DNA of 48,151 bases from Deltaproteobacteria bacterium (GCA_016200645.1 JACQEJ010000096.1:1-48151), one strand, 5' to 3'. Positions 40,161-48,044 are shown, counted from the first letter of the stretch. Numbers and translations: made by a program. Notes: generated by a model not told the origin, from the sequence alone.

Positions 40161-40622
40161 ATGCTTTCTTTTCCTCAAAATATTTACAACGAAATAATCA
40201 ACCATGCCAAAGAGACGTATCCCTACGAGGCGTGCGGCGCATTGGCGGGAAAACAAAAACAAGGGTCAGGGCGGGTGCCCTCTGGGCGCGGTCAAGGGTC
40301 AAGAACCGAAAAGGATGTTTTGAAATTTTATAGTATGGAGAATATCAACAAGGACAGGGCGAATGACCGGTATGAGATAAATCCTAAAGAATTATTGAAG
40401 ATTGAAAAAGAGGCAAAAGCAAACGGTCTGCAGGTAATTGGTTTCTATCATTCCCATCCCGATCACCCTGACAGGCCTTCGGCCTTGGACAAGGAAAGGG
40501 CATGGCCATTGTATTCGTATGTAATTATTGCCGTTCATAACGGAAGAGATGTTTCCGTAAAGTCCTGGACATTTGAAGATGAGAGAGAACCTTTTAGAGA
40601 AGAGGAGGTAAAAACAGTCTAA
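40161..40622 (+). CDS. mec: JAMM/MPN+ metallopeptidase (Mec-like)
   Basis: EACG..., HSHPDHPDRPSALD (JAMM HxHx7Sx2D motif). 153 aa, including a repeat-derived insertion. Confidence 0.8.
   Translation: MLSFPQNIYNEIINHAKETYPYEACGALAGKQKQGSGRVPSGRGQGSRTEKDVLKFYSMENINKDRANDRYEINPKELLKIEKEAKANGLQVIGFYHSHPDHPDRPSALDKERAWPLYSYVIIAVHNGRDVSVKSWTFEDEREPFREEEVKTV
40272..40291. repeat. Family P3 core 20-mer, in frame inside the JAMM gene
   Basis: cgggtgccctctgggcgcgg is the exact reverse complement of 30384-30403. It is flanked by GGTCAAG-type words. The insert encodes about QGSGRVPSGRGQGS. Confidence 0.9.
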
Positions 40623-40692
40623 AAGTTGTTAGTCTACAAGACTACGAGTTTTAAAACTTTTAGTCTAACGACTTGTAGACTTTTAGTCTGTA
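40610..40692. repeat. 82-nt structured element, copy 2 (downstream of the JAMM gene)
   Basis: About 6 differences from copy 1 by eye. Supplies the last JAMM codons and the stop (aaaacagtctaa). Confidence 0.9.
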
Positions 40693-40693
40693 G

Positions 40694-41521
40694 TTGGCTA
40701 TGAACTTCACCGAAGAACAGATAGAGCGATACTCAAGACATATAATTCTTCCGGAGGTGGGGGGCAAAGGCCAGGCGGAGCTTCTTAAGTCAAAGGTCTT
40801 TGTGCTGGGCGCTGGCGGGCTTGGCTCGCCGGCGCTCTTGTATCTTGCCGCTGCGGGCGTGGGAACCATCGGCATAGCCGATGGCGACTGCGTTGATTTA
40901 TCTAACCTGCAAAGGCAGATAATCCATGATACGGAAAAGGTCGGCACGCACAAGGCCGTATCTGCAAAAAAGTCCATTGAGGCCCTGAATCCTGATGTCA
41001 AGGTTGTAACCTACAAGGAGAGGCTTAATACAGATAACATAAGAGGCATCATAAGAGATTACGATGTGCTTCTGGACGGAAGCGACAATTTTCCTACACG
41101 ATATTTGATGAACGATGCGGCGTTTTTTGAAAAAAAGACGCTGATATCAGGGAGTATGTTCAGGTTTGACGGGCAGGCGACCATATTCAAACCGCATGAA
41201 GGCCAGCCGTGCTATCGGTGCCTTTATCCGGAGCCGCCGCCAAAAGGCCTTGTGCCAAGCTGTCAGGAGGCGGGGGTTTTAGGGGCCCTGGCAGGTGTGG
41301 TTGGAGTCATACAGGCAGTGGAAACGATAAAAGAACTTTTGGGGATTGGCAACACACTGGCAGGCCATCTTCTTATTTTTGACGCCCTGGGCATGAACTT
41401 CAGAAAGGTCAAGGTGAGGAGAGACCCGGAATGCGCCTTGTGCAGCGAAAAAGCAATCATTAAAGAGCTTATTGCTTACGAAGAGGCGTGTGAGATACAA
41501 GCGGCGAAGTGTGGGGCCTAA
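40694..41521 (+). CDS. moeB: MoeB/ThiF-family E1-like adenylyltransferase
   Basis: RYSRHIILPEVG, LGAGGLGSP nucleotide loop, CYRC and CALC zinc pairs. 275 aa, no rhodanese domain. Confidence 0.85.
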   Translation: MAMNFTEEQIERYSRHIILPEVGGKGQAELLKSKVFVLGAGGLGSPALLYLAAAGVGTIGIADGDCVDLSNLQRQIIHDTEKVGTHKAVSAKKSIEALNPDVKVVTYKERLNTDNIRGIIRDYDVLLDGSDNFPTRYLMNDAAFFEKKTLISGSMFRFDGQATIFKPHEGQPCYRCLYPEPPPKGLVPSCQEAGVLGALAGVVGVIQAVETIKELLGIGNTLAGHLLIFDALGMNFRKVKVRRDPECALCSEKAIIKELIAYEEACEIQAAKCGA

Positions 41522-41525
41522 GAAT

Positions 41526-41641
41526 ACAGGCAAGGGGCGATAGGCAAAGAAATTCTAAATTCTAAACTCAAAATTTTAAATTTGAAATTTGTAATTTGGA
41601 TATTAGAATTGCTAATCCTATAGCCCATAGCCTATAGCCTA
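41526..41641. repeat. Two-tier mirrored element: outer GGCAA(G/T)(G/A)GG / CCTATAGCC words, inner AATTCTA-type heptamers
   Basis: acaggcaaggggcgataggcaa..aattctaaattctaaactcaaaattttaaatttgaaatttgtaatttgg..ttagaatt..cctatagcccatagcctatagcc. Confidence 0.85.
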
Positions 41642-41652
41642 TTTTGATTTCT

Positions 41653-42891
41653 ATGAAACAAACAAAGACATACCTCCACAACCCCGGTTATTTGAAGATT
41701 GACCTTATGCTCAAAGGCATCAGGGTTGATAAAGAGGTTCTTAAAAAAGCAAACATGGATAAATGCCGCAATCTTTTTGATGTTGCGTGCGGTATAGATG
41801 TTATCCTGCCGCACAATACATGGGTAACAGTCCCGTATATTGAAGACTTTACCAAAGATTCGCCTTATGAGCTTATGGAAAGGGATGGAAGATTTTTTAT
41901 AACCCATGGCGATGAATCGGTTCAGGTATCAGTAGTTCCAACGCCGGAGTTCTATACATTGAAAACAACCACGGGCATTCAATTATCCAGGATAGGCCTT
42001 GTCCACGGCGGATATGTGGCGATAACACCCGCGACGCAGTGCGACTTCTTTAATAAGGCCATAGAATGCAGATATTGCGCGGGGAATCTTGATATCTATA
42101 GCAATAAAGGGAGGGTTTATAGCGTTGAAGATGTATTGGAGACCGTCGAGGCCGCGTATAAAGAAGGAAAGGCGGAGATTGTCTATATATCCATAGGTTT
42201 TTCAGATACCCCTGACGGCGGCATAGAGTTCTTGAAGCCGTATATACAGGCGATAAAAAAACACTTTAATACCCTTGTTGCCGTGGAAGCCCTCCCACCA
42301 AAGGAAAACAGATGGGTAGATGAAACTTACGCAGTAGGCGCTGATTCTGTCTTATATAACCTGGAGATATTCAATCCGAAATTATTTGATGAGATATGCC
42401 CCGGCAGGGCAACGCTTATTGGGAGGGAAAGGTATCTGGACGCCCTGCGATACGCAACAACCATATTCCCGAACGGCACCGTAGCATCCCATCTTATTGT
42501 CGGACTCGAACCGATAGAGTCAACCATGTCAGGCATAGATTATTTTACCAACATCGGTGTGGTGCCTATACTGCCTATATACAGGCCGTCCTTAGGGGCA
42601 AAACTTTCTCAATATAAGATGCCTGCCACTAAAGATATTGCCCCGCTGTATGGTCATCTCTACAGGGCGGTTACCGCAAATAAGATAAATACAACCTGGG
42701 TCAGGGATATAAGCATTGTGACAACGCCGCTGGAGGGAAGATTCTTTGTCGGCGACGAGGCCAGGATGAAGACATGGATGCAGAATTTTTATAAATCAAG
42801 GTTGGGATTAAAGGCAGCATGGAGTCTCGCAACCCTGCGAAGGAAGCTGAAGGTCAAGGTAGGGGAATCGTCAGCGCACCGGGACAAATAA
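41653..42891 (+). CDS. Radical-SAM-like TIM-barrel protein with non-canonical CX8CX2C motif and an N-terminal domain of unknown function
   Basis: CDFFNKAIECRYC (42040-42078). GADSVLYNLEIF and SHLIVGLEP resemble BioB/ThiH-type strands. ATG at 41653 is preferred over the TTG at 41644, which abuts the repeat. Confidence 0.6.
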   Translation: MKQTKTYLHNPGYLKIDLMLKGIRVDKEVLKKANMDKCRNLFDVACGIDVILPHNTWVTVPYIEDFTKDSPYELMERDGRFFITHGDESVQVSVVPTPEFYTLKTTTGIQLSRIGLVHGGYVAITPATQCDFFNKAIECRYCAGNLDIYSNKGRVYSVEDVLETVEAAYKEGKAEIVYISIGFSDTPDGGIEFLKPYIQAIKKHFNTLVAVEALPPKENRWVDETYAVGADSVLYNLEIFNPKLFDEICPGRATLIGRERYLDALRYATTIFPNGTVASHLIVGLEPIESTMSGIDYFTNIGVVPILPIYRPSLGAKLSQYKMPATKDIAPLYGHLYRAVTANKINTTWVRDISIVTTPLEGRFFVGDEARMKTWMQNFYKSRLGLKAAWSLATLRRKLKVKVGESSAHRDK

Positions 42892-42906
42892 GGATGGGGA
42901 TATGAG

Positions 42907-43010
42907 CCCCGTTAGACCTAAAAGCAAGAGGCTTTGCTTCAATCGATTGGTACGGAGAACAGTTTAAAAGTGAAGTGGGCAGCAATTATTTTAAAGGAGG
43001 TCTAACGGGG
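42907..43010 (+). promoter_or_regulatory. Long-range 13-bp helix sequestering the RBS/start of the permease gene
   Basis: ccccgttagacct (42907-42919) is perfectly complementary to aggtctaacgggg (42998-43010). The latter overlaps the GGAGG SD and the first base of the GTG start. Confidence 0.45.
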
Positions 43011-44437
43011 TGAGAATAGAGATAGACCGGCGCCCCATCTGGCTCATCATTATCTTAAGAAGTTTTAGGCCTATATTTTTTCTGACCATAGGGCTCATCT
43101 TCTTTTACCTGATCAACCTTCCTACACCGGACGGCTTGACAATCCAGGGACAGCGGGCAATTGCTCTGTTTACCGTATGCCTCATTTTATGGGTTACCGG
43201 CATGCTGCCGCTTGCCATAACCAGTCTTCTGGCGATTGTAACAGTTCCTCTGCTGGGGATACTGGATAAGAAAGAGACCTATGCGCTGTTCGGCAATGAG
43301 GCGGTCTTTTTTATCTTAGGGGCATTTATACTTTCCGGCGCCGTGATGCATTCGGGGCTGTCCGGCCGCATAGCTCTGGCGATAATGAACAGATTTGGAG
43401 GCACCCCGAAGGGGCTGCTTGCTTCCATATTCCTCCTGGCTTCGGCTTTGTCATTTTTCATGTCAGAACATGCGGTAGCGGCTATGCTCTTTCCCATTGT
43501 GCTGGACATTGCAAAGGGTTTGAATCTGAGGCCCGGCAGATCAAATTATGCAAAGTCTCTTTTTCTTGCCCTCGCGTGGGGGTGTATTATCGGAGGCGTT
43601 GCGACATTTCTCGGAGGGGCGCGGGTTCCGCTTGCCGTCGGTATGCTGAAGGAGGCAACAGGCATAACCATTGATTTCCTGGAATATACCGTCATCGTGT
43701 TCCCGACTGTGGTGATGCTGCTCGTGATAGGTTATCTTGGGCTGACAAGATTTTTCCCCCCGGATATAGAAGACATGCATCTGGCAAAAACCGTATTTGA
43801 AAGAAAGATGAAAGAGATGGGAAAGATAGGATATCTGGAATATGCAGTAGGCGCTGTCATGGCGGCAACAATACTTTTCTGGCTGTTTTTCGGCAGAAGC
43901 CTGGGCATAGCGAATATAGCCATTGTCTCGGTGGTCGGGCTTTTCATATTAAAGCTGGTTAGATGGAAGGACATTGAGGAGTATGTGAACTGGGGCATAA
44001 TCCTGATGTACGGCGGCGCAATAACATTGGGCGCGGCAATGGAAAAGTCCGGGGCGGCGGCATGGATGGCCAATGCGGCAATCGGAAATGGCATAAGCAG
44101 CCCTCTTGTAGTTATAGCAATATTTTCTCTTTTGACAATTCTCTTAACGGAAGGCATGAGCAACGCCGCTGTCATAGCAATCCTGCTGCCCGTCGGCATT
44201 GGCATGGCCTCCCGATTCAATATGGAGCCGAGGCTTATTACCTATGCCATAGCAGTTCCGGCAGGACTGGCATTTTGTTTTCCAATGTCAACGCCTGCAA
44301 ATGCCATTGCTGTATCATCAGGTTACATAACGACAAAGGATATGGCAAAGGCAGGCATTGTCATGATGATTTTGGCATGGCTTGTATTTAATCTGACGGC
44401 GCGATTTTATTGGCCGATAATAGGCATCAGGCTATAG
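43010..44437 (+). CDS. DASS/SLC13-type anion permease (ArsB/NhaD superfamily), putative sulfate/anion symporter
   Basis: 475 aa, about 12 hydrophobic segments. GTG start 9 nt after GGAGG. The sulfate role is inferred only from neighbours. Confidence 0.75.
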   Translation: MRIEIDRRPIWLIIILRSFRPIFFLTIGLIFFYLINLPTPDGLTIQGQRAIALFTVCLILWVTGMLPLAITSLLAIVTVPLLGILDKKETYALFGNEAVFFILGAFILSGAVMHSGLSGRIALAIMNRFGGTPKGLLASIFLLASALSFFMSEHAVAAMLFPIVLDIAKGLNLRPGRSNYAKSLFLALAWGCIIGGVATFLGGARVPLAVGMLKEATGITIDFLEYTVIVFPTVVMLLVIGYLGLTRFFPPDIEDMHLAKTVFERKMKEMGKIGYLEYAVGAVMAATILFWLFFGRSLGIANIAIVSVVGLFILKLVRWKDIEEYVNWGIILMYGGAITLGAAMEKSGAAAWMANAAIGNGISSPLVVIAIFSLLTILLTEGMSNAAVIAILLPVGIGMASRFNMEPRLITYAIAVPAGLAFCFPMSTPANAIAVSSGYITTKDMAKAGIVMMILAWLVFNLTARFYWPIIGIRL

Positions 44438-44493
44438 GCAATAGGCGATGGGCAATAGGAAAACCCATAGCCTATAGCCCATTGCCAATAGCC
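44417..44493. repeat. Mirrored heptamer hairpin (GGCAATA / CCTATAG words), overlaps the permease stop
   Basis: Left arm ggctataggcaataggcgatgggcaatagg, right arm cccatagcctatagcccattgccaatagcc. Confidence 0.9.
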
Positions 44494-44505
44494 AATTCTT
44501 TTATT

Positions 44506-44970
44506 ATGAAAAACATACTTCTCATACTCTCAACCTCAAGAACCTCGCAGGATGCGATTGAGTATGCCGTGGGTCTCGCAAAAAAGGAGAAGGCAAAGCT
44601 TGTCGTCCTCTACATAATCGAGACCGAGCTTACCAATGAGGTCTTTGATAAATTTACCGACATTGGCTTTATCGGCGACAAACCGTCAACAGAGCTTACC
44701 GAGGCCATTATGCGGGAATACCGCCAGCGCGGCTACGAGGAGATGGGAAAGGTTCAGATAAGGGCAATGGAAGAAAATGTTGATTTCGACGCAGTTACAA
44801 CGCAGGGGGATTTTGTTGAAAAGGCCGTAGAGACAATTGAGCGGTATAAGATTGATACTGCCGTTGCGATTAAACGGAAGCGCTCCGCATTCTGGAAGTA
44901 TTTCTCAAAATCCATGGTTGATGAACTCATAGAGCAAGCGCCGTGCAAGGTGGAGGTGTTTGAGGAATAA
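44506..44970 (+). CDS. Universal stress protein family
   Basis: MKNILLILSTSRTSQDAIEYAVGLAKKEKAKLVVLYIIE. The ATG at 44506 is preferred because the longer ORF start (44410) lies in the repeat. Confidence 0.75.
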   Translation: MKNILLILSTSRTSQDAIEYAVGLAKKEKAKLVVLYIIETELTNEVFDKFTDIGFIGDKPSTELTEAIMREYRQRGYEEMGKVQIRAMEENVDFDAVTTQGDFVEKAVETIERYKIDTAVAIKRKRSAFWKYFSKSMVDELIEQAPCKVEVFEE

Positions 44971-44975
44971 AAAAT

Positions 44976-45053
44976 ACAGGCAATAGGCTATAGGCAATGG
45001 GTTAGAGACCAAAGTTTTTTTCCTATCACTTATAGCCTCTTGCCTATAGCCTG
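44976..45053. repeat. Mirrored heptamer hairpin (GGCAATA / CCTATAG words)
   Basis: Left arm acaggcaataggctataggcaatggg, right arm cctatcacttatagcctcttgcctatagcctg. Confidence 0.9.
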
Positions 45054-45070
45054 CATTTAAAGGAGACAAC

Positions 45071-45682
45071 ATGACCCAACAAAAAGCTACCAACATCAAA
45101 TGGCATCACGGAAAGATTACGAAAGAAGACAGGATAAAGCTGATGAAGCAGAAAGGAGTAACCATCTGGCTCACCGGTCTGTCCGGCTCAGGCAAATCAA
45201 CCATTGCGGTTGAACTTGAGCATGCCCTCCTGGAAAACGGTCATCAGGCGTATATACTGGATGGCGATAATATCCGCCACGGCCTGAATAAAAATCTCGG
45301 CTTTTCGCCGGAAAACCGCTCTGAAAATATACGGCGCATCGGCGAAGTGGCAAAGCTATTTACCGATGCAAATATCATTACTATAACAGCATTCATATCC
45401 CCATACAGACAGGACAGGGAAAATGCCAGGAAACTCCAGAAGGATGGTGAGTTTATAGAGATATATGTGAAGTGTCCGTTGGAAGTGTGCGAGCAGAGAG
45501 ATACGAAAGGGTTGTATAAAAAGGCGCGGGCTGGCGAAGTCAAAGAATTTACCGGCATATCAGCGCCGTATGAAGAGCCGTTAAATCCTGAAATAACCAT
45601 TGACACATCAAAGCTGTCTGTTGAGGAATCGACAAAGGAGATAATAGGCTATCTGGAGAAGAAGGGGTATGTGAAGTTTTAA
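45071..45682 (+). CDS. cysC: Adenylylsulfate (APS) kinase
   Basis: [15 protein letters not shown]-loop, [17 protein letters not shown] and FISPYR motifs; 203 aa. Confidence 0.95.
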   Translation: MTQQKATNIKWHHGKITKEDRIKLMKQKGVTIWLTGLSGSGKSTIAVELEHALLENGHQAYILDGDNIRHGLNKNLGFSPENRSENIRRIGEVAKLFTDANIITITAFISPYRQDRENARKLQKDGEFIEIYVKCPLEVCEQRDTKGLYKKARAGEVKEFTGISAPYEEPLNPEITIDTSKLSVEESTKEIIGYLEKKGYVKF

Positions 45683-45685
45683 GAC

Positions 45686-45755
45686 GGGTTAAGGTTGAGG
45701 TTAAGGTTAAGAAAAAATCTTTTACTCAACCTCAACCTTAACCTCAGCCTTTTTT
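45686..45755 (+). terminator. Mirrored hexamer hairpin (GGTTAA words) followed by a T-run; terminator-like
   Basis: Left arm gggttaaggttgaggttaaggttaag, right arm ctcaacctcaaccttaacctcagcc, then tttttt. Lies between cysC and cysH. Confidence 0.6.
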
Positions 45756-45759
45756 AATT

Positions 45760-46536
45760 ATGAAAATAGATGATATTACAAAGAACACACTTGACAAACT
45801 CAATGCCATGCCTGCTGAAGGGCTTATCACATGGGCATTTGAAAACTTTGGGGCAAGATGCGCCATCGGCACGAGTTTTCAGTTAACCGGCACGGTAATT
45901 GTAGACATAGCCGGCAGGCATTTTAAGAAATTCAGGGTGTTTACCATTGATACGCTTCGGCTCCATCCTGAAACATACGAGGCAATCAAGGCTTCGGAAA
46001 AAAAATATGGTTTGACTATTGAAAGATTTACGCCGAATGAGGGCACATTAAAGAGCATGATTGAAAGATTCGGCGAGTATCTCTTTTTCATGGATAAGGC
46101 AAAGCAGGAATACTGCTGCTTTGTGAGAAAGGTTGAGCCGAACAGGCGAGCGCTTAAAACCGTTGATGTCTGGATAACGGGTTTAAGAAAAGACCAGTCG
46201 GATTACAGAAAGACTGTGCCAAAGGCGTCTCTTATCGAAGAAGACGGAAGGAAGATTCTCAAGCTCGCTCCCCTGGCGGACTGGGGCATGGAAGAGATAT
46301 GGCGGCATATACGGGAGAACAATCTCCCCTATAACAAACTCTTTGACATGGATTACGACAGCATAGGCTGCGTCATATGCTCAACACCGCTGGTCAAGGG
46401 CGAACCGCCCCGCTCCGGCAGGTGGAGATGGTTCAGCAAGGTGGATGAAAAAAAGGAGTGCGGGATACATACAAATACAGGCAATAGGCAAGAGGCAATA
46501 GGCAATAGAAAATTAAAAAATCAAAAGTCAAAATGA
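45760..46536 (+). CDS. cysH: Phosphoadenosine/adenosine phosphosulfate reductase, Fe-S (APS-reductase-like) type
   Basis: CC pair (EYCCFVRKVEP), CxxC (GCVICS), SGRWRW and ECGIH motifs. The C-terminal 21 codons are repeat-encoded. Confidence 0.9.
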   Translation: MKIDDITKNTLDKLNAMPAEGLITWAFENFGARCAIGTSFQLTGTVIVDIAGRHFKKFRVFTIDTLRLHPETYEAIKASEKKYGLTIERFTPNEGTLKSMIERFGEYLFFMDKAKQEYCCFVRKVEPNRRALKTVDVWITGLRKDQSDYRKTVPKASLIEEDGRKILKLAPLADWGMEEIWRHIRENNLPYNKLFDMDYDSIGCVICSTPLVKGEPPRSGRWRWFSKVDEKKECGIHTNTGNRQEAIGNRKLKNQKSK

Positions 46537-46626
46537 CAAATTAAAATTTAAAAATAACATTCCTTAATTTTGATATTTGATTTTTCATCTTTGATTTTAC
46601 TTGCCTATAGCCCATAGCCTATCGCC
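46477..46626. repeat. Two-tier mirrored element (outer GGCAATA words, inner A/T-rich heptamers), then T-run and RBS of sat
   Basis: acaggcaataggcaagaggcaataggcaatag..aatcaaaagtcaaaatgacaaattaaaattt..ttaattttgatatttgatttttcatctttgatttt..cttgcctatagcccatagcctatcgcc. Confidence 0.9.
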
Positions 46627-46648
46627 ATTTTTTAAGGAGGCATAAAGA

Positions 46649-47809
46649 ATGGTAGGTTTAATCGAGCCGCATGGCGGCAAACTTGTCAACAGGATTCTGG
46701 AAGGAAAAGAAAGGGAAGATCTTGCGGAAAAGGCGCAAAAACTAAAAAAGGTGCATCTCAATGAGAGAGAGATCTCCGATATTGAGATGATCGCAATAGG
46801 CGCTTTCAGCCCGCTGGAAGGGTTCATGAAAAAGGATGACTACCACAGCGTCATGGACAATATGAAGCTGTCCGATGGCCTTCCATGGACAATACCGATA
46901 ACCTTATCGGTCACAAAGGATGAGGCAAAGAATCTCAAAGAAGGGGAAGAAGTAAGCCTCGTCAACAAGGAAGGCGAGATGCTGGCGGTTCTCCATATTG
47001 AAGAAAAATTCAGTCACGATAAAGAAAAAGAAGCTGTTCAGATCTACGGCACAAAGGATATGGCTCACCCCGGGGTGGCAAAGGTTTTTGAGATGGGCGA
47101 TACGCTTCTTGGAGGCAGTGTATCGGTCATACACAGGGTTAAGCAGGAAAACTTTTTAAAATATAGACTTGATCCAAAAGAAACCCGTCAGCTTTTTAAG
47201 GAAAAGGGATGGAAGAGGGTTGTCGGCTTTCAAACAAGAAACCCGATTCATAGGGCGCACGAATATATCCAGAAGTGCGCACTGGAGGTGGTAGACGGGC
47301 TGATGATTCATCCTATTGTCGGCGAAACAAAAGGAGACGATGTGCCTGCTGCTGTGCGTGTGAAGTGCTATGAGGTTTTGCTGGAAAATTATTATCCCAA
47401 AGACAGGACCGTGCTTGTTGTCAATCCTGCGGCCATGAGATACGCAGGCCCAAAAGAGGCGATATTCCATGCGCTCATAAGGAAAAACTACGGCTGCACC
47501 CACTTTATTGTCGGGAGAGACCATGCGGGCGTGGGCAACTACTACGGCACCTTTGATGCGCATTACATATTTGACGAGTTTGACCCTCTGGAGATCGGCA
47601 TAACACCGATGTTTTTCGACCACACCTTCTACTGTAAAAAATGCGAAGGCATGGCGTCGTATAAAAGCTGCCCGCACGATTCCAGCCACCATGTCACCCT
47701 TTCCGGCACAAAGGTAAGGGAGATGCTGCGGGCAGGAACGATGCCCCCGCACGAGTTTTCAAGGCCAGAAGTCGCAAAGGTTTTGATAGAGGCGATGAGG
47801 GCAACATAA
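46649..47809 (+). CDS. sat: Sulfate adenylyltransferase (ATP sulfurylase)
   Basis: [11 protein letters not shown] and GRDHAGVG motifs; 386 aa. Confidence 0.95.
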   Translation: MVGLIEPHGGKLVNRILEGKEREDLAEKAQKLKKVHLNEREISDIEMIAIGAFSPLEGFMKKDDYHSVMDNMKLSDGLPWTIPITLSVTKDEAKNLKEGEEVSLVNKEGEMLAVLHIEEKFSHDKEKEAVQIYGTKDMAHPGVAKVFEMGDTLLGGSVSVIHRVKQENFLKYRLDPKETRQLFKEKGWKRVVGFQTRNPIHRAHEYIQKCALEVVDGLMIHPIVGETKGDDVPAAVRVKCYEVLLENYYPKDRTVLVVNPAAMRYAGPKEAIFHALIRKNYGCTHFIVGRDHAGVGNYYGTFDAHYIFDEFDPLEIGITPMFFDHTFYCKKCEGMASYKSCPHDSSHHVTLSGTKVREMLRAGTMPPHEFSRPEVAKVLIEAMRAT

Positions 47810-47894
47810 TGGCGGAGGGTGAGGGACTCGAACCCCCAAGGGCGTTAGCCCGCTGGTTTTCAAGACCAGTGACTTACCATTAGCCTAACCCTCC
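47810..47894 (-). tRNA. tRNA-Ser (anticodon UGA) with long variable arm
   Basis: Hand-folded: GGAGGGT acceptor, CTGGT-CTTGAAA-ACCAG anticodon arm, variable arm CGGGCTAACGCCCTT, GGGGG-TTCGAGT-CCCTC T arm, encoded CCA. 85 nt. Abuts the sat stop. Confidence 0.9.
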
Positions 47895-47928
47895 TGTGAG
47901 ACAGTTATTAGTGGTTAATTGTTAGTAA

Positions 47929-47958
47929 ACCCCGTTACTTGAGTTCAAGTAACGGGGT
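47929..47958. repeat. Near-perfect 14-bp palindromic hairpin
   Basis: accccgttacttga-gt-tcaagtaacggggt. Shares taacggggtg with the permease leader at 43003-43012. Confidence 0.7.
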
Positions 47959-48044
47959 GAAAAACGTTTTGTATATATAGGATTGTTCTAAGACTTTAAC
48001 AAAACATACAACTCTCTGTCAATACAATTACCTTCTCGCTCATA

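Noticed and set aside
46477-46626. Possible CRISPR array among the dense short repeats (also 41526-41641, 44417-45053).
   Set aside because: The repeat unit is only 6-8 nt and there are no unique spacers. Arms are self-complementary and no cas genes are present. These are microsatellite-type hairpins, not CRISPR.
47810-47894. Possible selenocysteine tRNA, because of the long variable arm and a UGA-looking loop.
   Set aside because: The anticodon is 5'-UGA-3' (reads UCA, Ser), not UCA. The acceptor and T stems have standard 7+5 geometry, so this is an ordinary tRNA-Ser.
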